A DNA stretch of 64,000 nucleotides from contig OY781089.1 in assembly GCA_963676565.1 (NCBI GenBank), positions 1,888,001 to 1,952,000 on the forward strand, given 5' to 3'. The stretch comes from Halarcobacter sp. (GTDB lineage: Bacteria; Campylobacterota; Campylobacteria; Campylobacterales; Arcobacteraceae). The position numbers were made by a program, and so were the translations under genes. The number at the start of each line of letters is the position of its first letter. Position 1 is the stretch's first letter. A model generated the notes under the pieces. That model ran no database searches. It had not been told where the DNA came from and saw only the letters and a program-made list of their open reading frames with translations. This document shows positions 49,454-59,813 of this stretch, one piece after another.

Positions 49454-50446
49454 ATGAATAATAAAAAAATACCATTATCTGTATTAGATTTAATTCCAGT
49501 AGGTGAGGGCTTCACCATACCACAAGCTATTGAAAACAGTACAAAACTAGCCCAAGGGGTTGAAAAGTTTGGATTTACTCGTTATTGGGTTGCGGAACAT
49601 CACAATTTCCCAGGAATTGCTAGTGCCGCTACTTCTGTTGTCTTAAGTTATATTGGGTCACAAACTAAAAACATAAGAATAGGTTCGGGTGGGATTATGT
49701 TGCCCAATCACTCCCCTTTAGTTATTGCAGAGCAATTTGGTACTTTGGAGTCTTTATATCCAAATAGAATAGATTTAGGACTAGGTAGAGCTCCTGGTAC
49801 TGATAGACAAACAATGATGGCATTAAGACGAGATATTAATAATGATGATTTTCCTTCGATGCTTAAATATTTACAATACTATTTATCAGATGAAGCAGGT
49901 AAAAAAGGGATAAAAGCAATACCCGGATTCGGATTAGATATTCCTATTTGGTTACTTGGTTCTAGTACCTTTAGTGCACAATTAGCTGCCCAAAAAGGTT
50001 TACCTTTTGTTTTTGCTTCACACTTTGCACCTGATTTGATGGATGATGCTGTAAGAATATATAAACAAAACTTTAAACCATCTGCTCAACTAAAAGAGCC
50101 TTATGTAATGGTTTGTATCAATATTGTATGTGCAGACACAAATGAAGAAGCTCAATATTTAGCCACAACTGAACTTCAAAAATTTCTTTATCTTCATAGG
50201 GGAGACAATAAACAATTACCAAAACCAACAGAAGACATGAATAGCTTATGGGAAGAGTGGGAAGAACGAGGTATAAGACATAAAACAAGAGAGTCTATCT
50301 GGGGAACACCAGAATATGTTAAAGAAAGACTTGAACGTCTTATTGAAAGAACTGGTGCAAATGAAATCATGGTAAACTCAATGATACATGATCCAGATAA
50401 AAGAATAAAATCCTATGAACTTATCTCAAAAGTTTGGTTTGAGTAA
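49454..50446 (+). CDS. LLM-class flavin-dependent oxidoreductase (luciferase-like, YhbW type)
   Basis: LSVLDL, RYWVAEHHN, IGSGGIMLPNH and DLGLGRAPG motifs. Start placed at ATG 49454 after GGAG. Confidence 0.9.
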   Translation: MNNKKIPLSVLDLIPVGEGFTIPQAIENSTKLAQGVEKFGFTRYWVAEHHNFPGIASAATSVVLSYIGSQTKNIRIGSGGIMLPNHSPLVIAEQFGTLESLYPNRIDLGLGRAPGTDRQTMMALRRDINNDDFPSMLKYLQYYLSDEAGKKGIKAIPGFGLDIPIWLLGSSTFSAQLAAQKGLPFVFASHFAPDLMDDAVRIYKQNFKPSAQLKEPYVMVCINIVCADTNEEAQYLATTELQKFLYLHRGDNKQLPKPTEDMNSLWEEWEERGIRHKTRESIWGTPEYVKERLERLIERTGANEIMVNSMIHDPDKRIKSYELISKVWFE

Positions 50447-50514
50447 TATTTGGACTAAAAGATAACAAAAGCTTTAAAACTAATTATAATATACTTCCAT
50501 AAAAAAGGATTTAG

Positions 50515-50796
50515 ATGGCAAAAGCGACTGCTAGGCATATCTTATTAAACAACGAAAAACTAGCTAGAAAACTAAAAAAAGAGATTATCAAAAATGAAAT
50601 CACTTTTGAAAAAGCTGCTAAAAAATTCTCAAAATGCCCTTCAAAAAAAAGTGGGGGAAACTTAGGTACTTTTTCAAAAGGTGAGATGGTAAAAGAGTTT
50701 GACACTATTGTATTCAAAGAGGATTTAAATAGAATTCATGGACCCATCAAAACTGAGTTTGGGTTTCATTTAATTGAGATTTTAGCTAGATACTAA
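50515..50796 (+). CDS. ppiC: Parvulin-type peptidyl-prolyl isomerase
   Basis: ARHIL, SKCPS..GGNLG.F and TEFGFHLI motifs; 93 aa. Confidence 0.88.
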   Translation: MAKATARHILLNNEKLARKLKKEIIKNEITFEKAAKKFSKCPSKKSGGNLGTFSKGEMVKEFDTIVFKEDLNRIHGPIKTEFGFHLIEILARY

Positions 50797-50849
50797 TCAA
50801 AAAATATATTATATTTTAGATAACATACAAAAAAATTTAGGAACATTTT

Positions 50850-51155
50850 ATGGCAAAATTTATAAAACTAAAACTTGAAGAGACTTATCAAATCCCAGAT
50901 AAATGGGAACTTGTTACAAATGAAGAAGGAATAACTAAAATAAAAGTATCAGAAAATGAATATTATGACTTTGGATCTATTCCTTATTGTTCACCTTCTT
51001 TAGAATCTGATGAAGAGATGATGTTATTACCAGAAGAATATCTTGAGGTTCAAAGTAAAGGTTTAGAGTTGATTATGGCTGATGGTAATGTATCTGTAAT
51101 TGAAGATGAAAATGAGATAAAAGAGATACTTGATTCTGATGATGAAGAGCTTTAA
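50850..51155 (+). CDS. Hypothetical acidic protein
   Basis: 101-aa ORF with an AGGA RBS. Confidence 0.65.
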   Translation: MAKFIKLKLEETYQIPDKWELVTNEEGITKIKVSENEYYDFGSIPYCSPSLESDEEMMLLPEEYLEVQSKGLELIMADGNVSVIEDENEIKEILDSDDEEL

Positions 51156-51183
51156 TATTTAGAAAGTAAATAAAGAAGAAAAC

Positions 51184-51208
51184 ATAAAATAGGAAAATCC
51201 TATTTTAT
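51184..51208. terminator. Bidirectional terminator between convergent genes
   Basis: ATAAAATAGGA-AAA-TCCTATTTTAT stem. Confidence 0.6.
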
Positions 51209-51248
51209 CTCTTTTGAGTTTGTGCTTCTTTTCGTAGTTTTTTTAACT

Positions 51249-51824
51249 TTACCAACGTGCTTTTTGTTTTTTACTAGGAATTAGATATGGAAGTATTAAT
51301 CCGAAAATAAGACCAGCTCCTGCAACAATACCACCATATGTGAACCAACGCATCAATAGTTCATTTTGTTCTTTATCTAGCTTCTCATTTAACTTTTCAT
51401 TTTTTTGTTGAACTTGTTTTAGCTCTTTGCTCAAAGATGAATTTAACTTTTTTAATTCTTGCACTTGGTTAATATTAGTGTCTAACTCTTTTTCTAAAGT
51501 TATTTTATTTTTATCCATTTTTGAATATGAGATTTTTAGTTCTTCTAACTGTTTTTTTAATCCTGGTTGATTTGAAATATATTTTGAGCTCATCCAAACA
51601 TTACGACCTTTTGAATCTATTATTTGAGTATATTCTGCATTTTCACTTGTACTTACTACTTTGATTTTTTCACCTGCATTTACTATTCCTACAATTTTAT
51701 ATTTTGTTCCTGGCCCTGAATGGGTATATGTAAATAATTCGTCTGAAACATAATAGTTCGCTGCAAATGCTGATGTGCCTAGACAGACAGTGGTAAATAG
51801 TATTGAAAATCTTTTTTTGATCAT
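51249..51824 (-). CDS. SH3 domain-containing protein (YgiM/TIGR04211-like)
   Basis: Signal peptide, YVSDELFTYTHSGPG..Y SH3b domain, coiled coil and a C-terminal WF.YGG TM anchor with basic tail. Confidence 0.85.
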   Translation of the reverse strand: MIKKRFSILFTTVCLGTSAFAANYYVSDELFTYTHSGPGTKYKIVGIVNAGEKIKVVSTSENAEYTQIIDSKGRNVWMSSKYISNQPGLKKQLEELKISYSKMDKNKITLEKELDTNINQVQELKKLNSSLSKELKQVQQKNEKLNEKLDKEQNELLMRWFTYGGIVAGAGLIFGLILPYLIPSKKQKARW

Positions 51825-51942
51825 TTTTAACCTTTATAGTAAATAATTATTTTTTAAATTTTTACAATTATAACCTATGAAGTTATTAATATTCCTTAGT
51901 GATATTAAATGAATTTCCAAGATGTTATTGAAGTAGCTTTTA

Positions 51943-51968
51943 AATTGAGATTTTAGCTAGGTATTAAT
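51943..51968 (+). repeat. Duplicate of the ppiC 3' end
   Basis: AATTGAGATTTTAGCTAGGTATTAAT versus AATTGAGATTTTAGCTAGATACTAAT at 50772-50797; both read IEILARY*. Confidence 0.75.
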
Positions 51969-52006
51969 AAAAAGTTAAATATAATTCCAAAAATTAATTA
52001 CCTAGG

Positions 52007-52372
52007 ATGATTATGAATAAAATAGTTCTAAAACCAAAAAGTCAAAAAAGATTTAGTTTATATTGCCCATTTACAAATGAAAAACTATATAACGATGATA
52101 GTTCATTTGAAATATATGAAGGTGCTGGAAACTATCTTTTCTCTATATGTGAAGATTGTCTTTTTGTTGATGCTGGAAACAACGAAGAGATTGAAAACTA
52201 TTGGAAAGATTCTGCTATAAAAGCTATTGAAAAGTTTGTAGAAAATCATAAAGAAGATAATATTTTAGTTATTGAAGTTCAAGATGGTGAAGATACTTAT
52301 TGGTTTGGATTTTTAAATGAAGAAAATATTGAATTAACAGAAGAAGAGATAGAAAAAAGATTTATAAAATAG
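52007..52372 (+). CDS. Hypothetical protein
   Basis: 121-aa acidic ORF with CPF and CEDC motifs. Confidence 0.65.
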   Translation: MIMNKIVLKPKSQKRFSLYCPFTNEKLYNDDSSFEIYEGAGNYLFSICEDCLFVDAGNNEEIENYWKDSAIKAIEKFVENHKEDNILVIEVQDGEDTYWFGFLNEENIELTEEEIEKRFIK

Positions 52373-52385
52373 GGGGAACCCTATT

Positions 52386-52697
52386 TTATGACATTTGATT
52401 TTGTGTAGATCTTTCGTAGTTTTCTATAACTTCTAAATTTTGAAGTTGAATTACTTTATGTAAATTTATTGCATCTATAACCCACCAGATAAATAATCCC
52501 AACAATATAATATAACCCACAAGTATAAAAACAGTAATAGCTCCAACCAATCCTAATACTGGATATAACCACCATTTTGACATCCCAGCATATAATCTAT
52601 GAATACCTAGCCAACCAAGAAACCACCAAAATAAATAAGCTAGCAGAACACTTTTTTGTTGTGTTTTTGCTTTCTCTAATCCAAAGTCTGTTGCCAC
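52386..52697 (-). CDS. TM2 domain-containing protein
   Basis: KS..LAY.FWWFLG.LGIHRLYAG and WWVID motifs. Confidence 0.85.
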   Translation of the reverse strand: MATDFGLEKAKTQQKSVLLAYLFWWFLGWLGIHRLYAGMSKWWLYPVLGLVGAITVFILVGYIILLGLFIWWVIDAINLHKVIQLQNLEVIENYERSTQNQMS

Positions 52698-52860
52698 TTT
52701 TTTTATCCTTTATTTTTCAATAAATCAAATTATTAATTATGGAAATTATATCGAATAATTTATTATTATTTCTTTTGCGTTAAATAATCAGTAGTAATCA
52801 AATCTTAATTATGTTAGAATTTAAATTCCAAAATAAAATACTTCTCAAGGGATTAGTAAT

Positions 52861-53727
52861 ATGGAATATCAAATCTCCAACAATTTTATCACTGCGTGTG
52901 TAAAAGACCATGGTGCTGAGCTTTTCAGTTTAAAAAGAAATGGTGTAGACCTTGAATATATGTGGCAAGCTGATGAAAGTTATTGGGGAAGACACTCTCC
53001 TATTTTATTTCCAATAGTTGGAAAACTTTTGGATGATGAGTATGTTTATAAAGACAAAACTTACAAAATGACCCAACATGGTTTTGCAAGAGATTGTAAG
53101 TTTGAACTTTTTGAAGCAAAGAAAAATTATCTATGTTTTAAACTTCAATCCAACGAACAAACCCTTGAAAAATATCCCTTTGATTTTGAACTTTTTATCT
53201 CCTATGCACTTCTCGAAAACAAATTAAAAATCACTTACAAAGTTGTTAATTTATCAGAAAATACAATGCCTTTTTCTATTGGGGCACATCCAGCTTTTAA
53301 TTGGCCTTTAGATGATGAAAGAAGAAGTGAGTGTTATTTTAGATTTGATGAAACCAATGAACTTGAAAGACTACCTTTAACAAAAGATGGTATCTCATCA
53401 AGGAAAGAGTATATTGAACTTTTTGATGAAAGATTATATTTAAACAAAAAAATATTCAAACACGATGCTTTGGTTATAGAAAATTTAAAAAATAAATCAG
53501 TTATTTATAAAAATTGCATAAATGACAAGTTTGTTCAACTTGATTTTGAAGGTTTTGAATACCTAGGATTATGGTCAAAACCATGTGGTGCGCCATTTAT
53601 TTGTATTGAACCTTGGCATGGAATTGCAGACTTTACAGACCATAATAAAAATATAGAAGAAAAAAAAGGAATGAAGTTTTTAGAAAAAAATGAATTCTTT
53701 GAAAGTTTTTACACAATCGAGATTTAA
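52861..53727 (+). CDS. Aldose 1-epimerase family protein (LacX-like)
   Basis: WGRHSPILFPIVG, HGFAR, GAHPAF and FICIEPW motifs. Confidence 0.9.
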   Translation: MEYQISNNFITACVKDHGAELFSLKRNGVDLEYMWQADESYWGRHSPILFPIVGKLLDDEYVYKDKTYKMTQHGFARDCKFELFEAKKNYLCFKLQSNEQTLEKYPFDFELFISYALLENKLKITYKVVNLSENTMPFSIGAHPAFNWPLDDERRSECYFRFDETNELERLPLTKDGISSRKEYIELFDERLYLNKKIFKHDALVIENLKNKSVIYKNCINDKFVQLDFEGFEYLGLWSKPCGAPFICIEPWHGIADFTDHNKNIEEKKGMKFLEKNEFFESFYTIEI

Positions 53728-53810
53728 AAACTAATCCATAAAGCCCATTATAAGGCTTTTTTTAGCTGTTATTTGATATTTTATGATTAATTTTAATTTA
53801 TGGATTTTTT

Positions 53811-54851
53811 ATGATTGTAAACATTACTTTACCTGACAATACTTCTTACGATATTACAATAGACACATTAAAGAATATGACCTTTGATAGAAAAGTTGTA
53901 GTAGTAACCAACCCAACTATTAGTGCTTTGCATTTAGACTATTTAACTTCTAAAATCGATGCAAAAGAACTTTCTATTGTTACTATTCCTGATGGGGAAG
54001 AGTACAAAAGAATGAACACACTAGAAACTATACTTGAACATTGTTTTGAACACAAACTAAATAGAAGCTCACTACTAATTGCATTTGGTGGTGGAGTTAT
54101 TGGTGATATGACAGGTTTTGCTGCTTCAATTTACCAAAGGGGAATTGATTTTATTCAGATTCCAACTACTTTACTTTCACAAGTAGATGCAAGTGTTGGT
54201 GGTAAAACTGGAATAAACAACAAATATGGAAAAAATTTAATTGGTGCCTTTTATCAACCAATTGCTGTAAATATTGATCCCCACTTTTTATCAACTTTAC
54301 CAAAAAGAGAGTTTGGGGCTGGTGTTGCAGAGATAGTTAAGATGGCAGTTACTTTTAACAGTGACTTTTTTAAATGGCTTGAAGAAAATGATTTAAATGA
54401 TGAAGAAAATATTAAAGTAGCTATTGCAAAATCAGTTGAAACAAAAGCTTGGGTTGTTTCTCAAGATGAAAAAGAAAGAGGACTAAGAGCAGCCTTAAAT
54501 TATGGACATACTTTTGGTCATGTAATTGAAAATGAAACAAATTATGATACATATTTACATGGAGAAGCTGTTGGTATTGGGATGACGATGGCAAATGCAC
54601 TAGCAGTAAAAATTGGATATATGACACAAGAAGACTCAAATAGAGTTACTGCATTACTTAAAAAATACGATATTCCAACAACATACAATATCAAAGATGT
54701 AGAAGATTTCTATGAACACTTTTTCTTAGATAAAAAATCTTTAGATAATAAAATCAAATTTATTGTACCAAAAGGGATTGGTGATTGCGAAATTACTGCA
54801 AATATATCAAAAGAGGATGTGATAGAAGTTTTAAAAGGTTTTAATTCGTGA
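53811..54851 (+). CDS. aroB: 3-dehydroquinate synthase
   Basis: GGGVIGD, PTTLLSQVDASVGGKTG, LNYGHTFGH and HGEAV motifs. Confidence 0.96.
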   Translation: MIVNITLPDNTSYDITIDTLKNMTFDRKVVVVTNPTISALHLDYLTSKIDAKELSIVTIPDGEEYKRMNTLETILEHCFEHKLNRSSLLIAFGGGVIGDMTGFAASIYQRGIDFIQIPTTLLSQVDASVGGKTGINNKYGKNLIGAFYQPIAVNIDPHFLSTLPKREFGAGVAEIVKMAVTFNSDFFKWLEENDLNDEENIKVAIAKSVETKAWVVSQDEKERGLRAALNYGHTFGHVIENETNYDTYLHGEAVGIGMTMANALAVKIGYMTQEDSNRVTALLKKYDIPTTYNIKDVEDFYEHFFLDKKSLDNKIKFIVPKGIGDCEITANISKEDVIEVLKGFNS

Positions 54852-56584
54852 AAATTTTAAAAACTCTTTTTATTAGCTCTTTGTTTGCTATTAGTTTATA
54901 TTCTCAAGAAAATGAAAATATCATTGAAAAAGCAGGAAATTTAGTTAATAGTGTAGTTAATGATGCAAAAGAGATTGTAGTTAATAATCTTGATGATATT
55001 AAAAGAATTGAAGAGGAAAAAAAGCTACAAGAAGAAGCTGAACGAATAAAAAAAGAGGAAGAGGAAAAAAGATTATTAAGAGCGGTTAAAATTAATGATA
55101 TAAAAAAAAGAATTGCCTTAATTGATGAACAACTAAAAGACAATATCTTACTAAAAAGATATAACAACTATGATGCGTATAGAAAAATCTCTGAAGAATT
55201 AATTCTATTAAAGAAAAGTTTAACTAACTTAGATGATAGAAGTGCAGATCAGATTTATCATTTAAACAATAAAATTAGAATTAAGAAAAATGAATTAGAG
55301 CTTATTTCAGAATACAAGGGCTCTCCAATTGGTTCTTTAATTGACCCACCTGAAATTGAAAATTATGAAGTTATTTCAAATCCATTTGGGATATTAAATG
55401 CTTTATCTTATATCAAAAAATTAGAAAACAACAAAAAAGACTTTTTGTCTGTCGAAACTAGGGTTAGGGAACTTACAAACCTTTTAGAGGAGAAGCTTTT
55501 TGCCTATTTAGAGTTATACAACTTTGAGCAAAAGCAAGAATATAAAGAAGAGTTAGAGTTTTTAGAAAAAGAGAAAAAAGACTTTAATATGGTTTTAGAA
55601 ATTGTATCAACAACTGAAGAGGTTTATACAAGAAAAATAGAACAAGTTATTTTAGAAACAAAAGGTCAAATCTCAGAACAAATTGAAAAAATATTCAATC
55701 TTGGATTGATAATCGTAATTTTATTTTTTGTTGCTTTTTTAATAAAACTTGCACTTAAGAAGTATTTTTCTCAAAATGAAAACTATTATATGACAAATAA
55801 AATCATAAATTTTACAGTTGTCTTTTTTGTTTTGATGGTCTTACTTTTTTCTTATATTGATAATGTTTCATACATCGTAACAATCCTTGGGTTCGCATCT
55901 GCGGGTATTGCTATTGCCTTAAAAGATTGGTTTATGTCTATTTTTGGTTGGCTTGTTATTGTAACTTCAGGTTCAATCTCAGTAGGTGATAGAATCAAAG
56001 TAACAAGAGATGGTCAACAAGTTGTAGGTGATGTACTTGATATTTCATTATTCAAGATGACTATTAGAGAAGATATTACATATACTTCATATAGAGTTAA
56101 TAGAAGAACAGGAAGAATTTTCTTTATTCCAAATAACTATATTTTTTCTGAGATGATTGCAAACTATACACACTCAGGATTAAGAACAGTTTGGGATGGA
56201 ATTGATATTGCTATTACTTTTGATTCAAATCATAAAAAAGCACAAAATATTGTAAAAAATATTTTAAAACACTACTCAAAAGGTTATACAGATATCACTA
56301 GAAAACAGCTTTCAAAAATGAGAAGCAAATATCAGTTAAGAGCAACAGGTGTAGAACCTAGAGTTTACACCTTTGCTGAACCATACGGTATAGTGATTTC
56401 AGGATGGTATTTAACAAACTCATATTCAGCATTGGTTTTAAGAAGTACAATGTCTCCTGAGATTATTGAAGCATTTTTAAAAGAAGATGATATAACAATC
56501 GCATACCCAACTCAAACAGTAAACACTACAGGTGGTAATCAAAACTTTAGAGTTCCACCTGCTGATTTACCAGAGGTGCCATAA
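54848..56584 (+). CDS. MscS-family mechanosensitive channel
   Basis: Periplasmic coiled coil, TM helices, GFASAGIAIAL, VGDRI and IPN motifs. Confidence 0.85.
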   Translation: MKILKTLFISSLFAISLYSQENENIIEKAGNLVNSVVNDAKEIVVNNLDDIKRIEEEKKLQEEAERIKKEEEEKRLLRAVKINDIKKRIALIDEQLKDNILLKRYNNYDAYRKISEELILLKKSLTNLDDRSADQIYHLNNKIRIKKNELELISEYKGSPIGSLIDPPEIENYEVISNPFGILNALSYIKKLENNKKDFLSVETRVRELTNLLEEKLFAYLELYNFEQKQEYKEELEFLEKEKKDFNMVLEIVSTTEEVYTRKIEQVILETKGQISEQIEKIFNLGLIIVILFFVAFLIKLALKKYFSQNENYYMTNKIINFTVVFFVLMVLLFSYIDNVSYIVTILGFASAGIAIALKDWFMSIFGWLVIVTSGSISVGDRIKVTRDGQQVVGDVLDISLFKMTIREDITYTSYRVNRRTGRIFFIPNNYIFSEMIANYTHSGLRTVWDGIDIAITFDSNHKKAQNIVKNILKHYSKGYTDITRKQLSKMRSKYQLRATGVEPRVYTFAEPYGIVISGWYLTNSYSALVLRSTMSPEIIEAFLKEDDITIAYPTQTVNTTGGNQNFRVPPADLPEVP

Positions 56585-57853
56585 ATGAATTTCTCAACAA
56601 ATAAACAAAAAGTTTTTTTCAAAACTTTTGGATGTAGAACAAATGTATTTGATACTCAAGTTATGATGAGTAATCTAAAAGATTTTGAAGTAACACAAGA
56701 TGAAAAAGAAGCTGATATCGTTGTAATTAACTCTTGTACAGTAACAAATAGTGCTGATAGTACAGCACGTGGTTATATCAACTCATTAAACAAGTTTAAC
56801 AAACCGCCAAGGGTTGTTTTTACAGGATGTGGGGTTTGGACAAAGGGTGAAGGACTTTTTAATGAAAACAAAGTTGACTCACTTTTTGGACACTCTGAAA
56901 AAGAAAAAATCAACGATTTATTGAAAAATGAAGAAAGATTTTTTGATGCCGGAGATTTAGAACATATTGATGATACTATTGTTGAAGAGTTTATTGGAAA
57001 AAGTAGGGCGTTTATCAAAGTTCAAGAGGGATGTGACTTTAGATGCTCATATTGTATTATTCCATATGTAAGGGGTGATGCAAGAAGCTATAAAGAGGAT
57101 AAAATCCTTGAACAAATTGAAAAGTTAGCTTCAAATGGTTTTGGAGAATTTATCTTAACTGGTACAAATGTAGGAAGTTATGGTAAAAAACAACATACAT
57201 CTTTAGCAAAACTTCTTAAAAAAATGTCACAGATTAAAGGTGTTAGAAGAATTAGAATGGGAAGTATTGAACCTATTCAAATTGATGATGAATTTAAAGA
57301 GATCATCAATGAGCCATTTATGGCAAAACATCTTCATATAGCACTTCAACACACATCTAAAGAGATGTTAAAAATCATGAATAGAAGAAATAAAGTTTTA
57401 TCTGATTTAGAACTTTTTGAGTTCTTAAGGGATAATGGCTATGCCTTAGGAACTGATTTTATTGTTGGTCATCCAGGGGAAACAGATAAGTTATGGAAAG
57501 AAGCAGTTGAAAACCTTCATAGATTTCCTTTAACTCATGTTCATGCCTTTACTTATTCAAAAAGAGATGGTACACCAAGTGCAACTATGAAAGATATTGT
57601 AAGGGGAGATATTGCAAAAGAGCGATACAATGAATTAGTATCTATAATTGATGAAAAAAACTATCAGTTTAGAAAGAACAATAAAACCACTTTAGAAGTT
57701 TTAATTGAATCACAAAAAAATGGTAACTATGTAGGCTTAGATCAACATTTCAATCAAATAGAAGTACAATCATCTGCGGATTTAGTAGGAGATTGGATTT
57801 TTATTGATGACTATGAAGCAAGGCAGGATAAAAATGTCGCAGAATTTAAATAA
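56585..57853 (+). CDS. mtaB: tRNA t6A37 methylthiotransferase
   Basis: TFGCRTN, INSCTVT, TGC and the radical SAM motif CDFRCSYC. Confidence 0.92.
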   Translation: MNFSTNKQKVFFKTFGCRTNVFDTQVMMSNLKDFEVTQDEKEADIVVINSCTVTNSADSTARGYINSLNKFNKPPRVVFTGCGVWTKGEGLFNENKVDSLFGHSEKEKINDLLKNEERFFDAGDLEHIDDTIVEEFIGKSRAFIKVQEGCDFRCSYCIIPYVRGDARSYKEDKILEQIEKLASNGFGEFILTGTNVGSYGKKQHTSLAKLLKKMSQIKGVRRIRMGSIEPIQIDDEFKEIINEPFMAKHLHIALQHTSKEMLKIMNRRNKVLSDLELFEFLRDNGYALGTDFIVGHPGETDKLWKEAVENLHRFPLTHVHAFTYSKRDGTPSATMKDIVRGDIAKERYNELVSIIDEKNYQFRKNNKTTLEVLIESQKNGNYVGLDQHFNQIEVQSSADLVGDWIFIDDYEARQDKNVAEFK

Positions 57854-59297
57854 AAACAAACTTGATAAAAACATAAAACTAATGGGAATTTCAGCCGTAG
57901 TTTTATTGGTACTTTTTTTATATACACTTTATAAAAGTAGTGAACATATACAACAAAGTTCTTACTACTTTGGAATAATCTTTTTACTATTTCTTTTAGC
58001 CTTTGCAATATTTGCAAGGCTAAAACAAGATAAAATTCAAAAATTCTTAAACAAAACAAAAACAAATAACAATACTTTTTCAACACAACTTGAAACTGCC
58101 CAAGAATCAAAAGAGGAAATGAGTTCAACTATTACTGCTGTTAATTCAAATACAACCTTCAAAGATGTAGCTGGAATTTCTGAGGTTAAAGGTGAGCTTG
58201 AAGAGATTGTTGATTTTTTAAATAACCCAAGTAAATATATGCAATTTGGTGTGAAGTTACCAAAGGGTGTTTTATTGGTTGGACCTCCTGGTGTTGGTAA
58301 AACCCTTATAGCAAGAGCAGTTGCAGGGGAAGCTGATGTTCCATTTTTTTATCAAAGTGGTGCTTCTTTTGTACAAATCTATGTTGGTATGGGTGCAAAA
58401 AAGGTGCGAGAACTTTTTATGAAAGCAAAAGCTTCTGCTCCTGCAATTATATTTATTGATGAGATTGATGCTATTGGTAAACAAAGAGGTGGTAAATCAA
58501 ATGATGAAAGAGAATCTACATTAAATGAGCTTCTAACTCAAATGGATGGTTTTGATGGTGAATCTGGAGTTATTGTTATTGCTGCAACAAATAAAATAGA
58601 AGTACTAGATGAAGCACTTTTAAGAGCAGGAAGATTTGATAGAAGAGTTTTTATTAATCTACCAAATAAAGGTGATAGAAAAAAGATATTAGAGCTATAT
58701 TTAAAAAATAAACACTATGAATTTGATTTAGAGAAACTTGCTATTGATACTGCTGGATTTAATTCTGCAGCACTTTCAACACTTATAAATGAAGCCCTTT
58801 TAAATATGATAAAAAGAGATTCAAAAAACTTAGAGTTAGAAGATATTGAAATTGCAAAAAGAAAAATCGAGTTTGGTAAAAAAGAGACTCTTATTTTAGA
58901 TGAAAAACAAAAAGAGATTTTAGCTATTTATCAAGCTAGTAAAGCTTTTATTTCTAAATCAAAAATAGCATTGTTTGAAGAGGGAATCTCAAAAATTGAC
59001 TCAGTTTATCCTTCTTACAATGAATTACTTGAGAATATAAAAAGATATCTTGCTGGAACAATTGGTGTTGAAGTTATTAAAAAACAAAGATATGCGATAA
59101 ATGATGAAGATATTAAAAGTGCTTACTCTTTAGCTGATTCAATTGTTACAAACCATAAAATGGCAAAAGATGCAAACGCTTTAATAGAAAAAGTTAGTAA
59201 TGAACTAAGAACAAATCTATCTGAAAATATTCAAGAGATAAATAGATTAAAAGAGATTATCTTAAAAAATGAGGTTATAAATCAAGATGACCTTTAA
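57834..59297 (+). CDS. FtsH-like membrane AAA ATPase lacking the HEXXH protease motif
   Basis: Two TM helices, GPPGVGKT, FIDEIDA and RAGRFDR; YQASK occupies the HEAGH position. Start placed at ATG 57834 after AGGA. Confidence 0.85.
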   Translation: MSQNLNKNKLDKNIKLMGISAVVLLVLFLYTLYKSSEHIQQSSYYFGIIFLLFLLAFAIFARLKQDKIQKFLNKTKTNNNTFSTQLETAQESKEEMSSTITAVNSNTTFKDVAGISEVKGELEEIVDFLNNPSKYMQFGVKLPKGVLLVGPPGVGKTLIARAVAGEADVPFFYQSGASFVQIYVGMGAKKVRELFMKAKASAPAIIFIDEIDAIGKQRGGKSNDERESTLNELLTQMDGFDGESGVIVIAATNKIEVLDEALLRAGRFDRRVFINLPNKGDRKKILELYLKNKHYEFDLEKLAIDTAGFNSAALSTLINEALLNMIKRDSKNLELEDIEIAKRKIEFGKKETLILDEKQKEILAIYQASKAFISKSKIALFEEGISKIDSVYPSYNELLENIKRYLAGTIGVEVIKKQRYAINDEDIKSAYSLADSIVTNHKMAKDANALIEKVSNELRTNLSENIQEINRLKEIILKNEVINQDDL

Positions 59298-59811
59298 GTA
59301 TTTTAGTGGTTTTTCTTTAGAAAAGGAAAGTGAACTTTTTAAAGAATATATAAACGAAAATGATTTTACAGTTTGTGGTTTTTCCTATGGAGCTATAAAA
59401 GCTTTTGAGGAAGTTTATAACGGAAATCAAAGAGTTGATAACTTACAACTTTTTTCACCTGCTTTTTTTCAAACAGAAGATAAAAGATTCAAAAGAACAC
59501 AACTGATGTTTTTTAAAAAAGATGAAAATACCTATTGCGATAATTTTTTAGAAAACATCTCTTTTCCCTCAAACTTTAAAATGAAACAATTCTTTAAAAA
59601 AGGTTTATATGAAGAGTTAGAGGAACTTTTAAATTATGAATGGGATGAAACAAAACTTCAAGAGCTTACAAACAGAGGTGTTAAAATCGAAGTTTATTTA
59701 GGTGAAGAGGATAAAATATTTGATTCTTTAAAAGCTTGTGAATTTTTTAGAAACTATGTAACAGTTTATTTTATAAAAAATGTTGGACATATATTAAAAG
59801 AAAAGGAATAA
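59287..59811 (+). CDS. bioV: Pimeloyl-ACP methyl ester esterase BioV
   Basis: YFSGF, GFSYGA, LFSPAFFQ and a C-terminal GH. Neighbourhood typical of Campylobacterota. Confidence 0.8.
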   Translation: MTFKYFSGFSLEKESELFKEYINENDFTVCGFSYGAIKAFEEVYNGNQRVDNLQLFSPAFFQTEDKRFKRTQLMFFKKDENTYCDNFLENISFPSNFKMKQFFKKGLYEELEELLNYEWDETKLQELTNRGVKIEVYLGEEDKIFDSLKACEFFRNYVTVYFIKNVGHILKEKE

Positions 59812-59813
59812 TA

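Noticed and set aside
57834..59297. FtsH-like protein without a protease motif as a novelty
   Set aside because: It sits in the core aroB-mscS-mtaB-AAA-bioV-mog gene order familiar from Campylobacterota, so it is a lineage-typical paralog.
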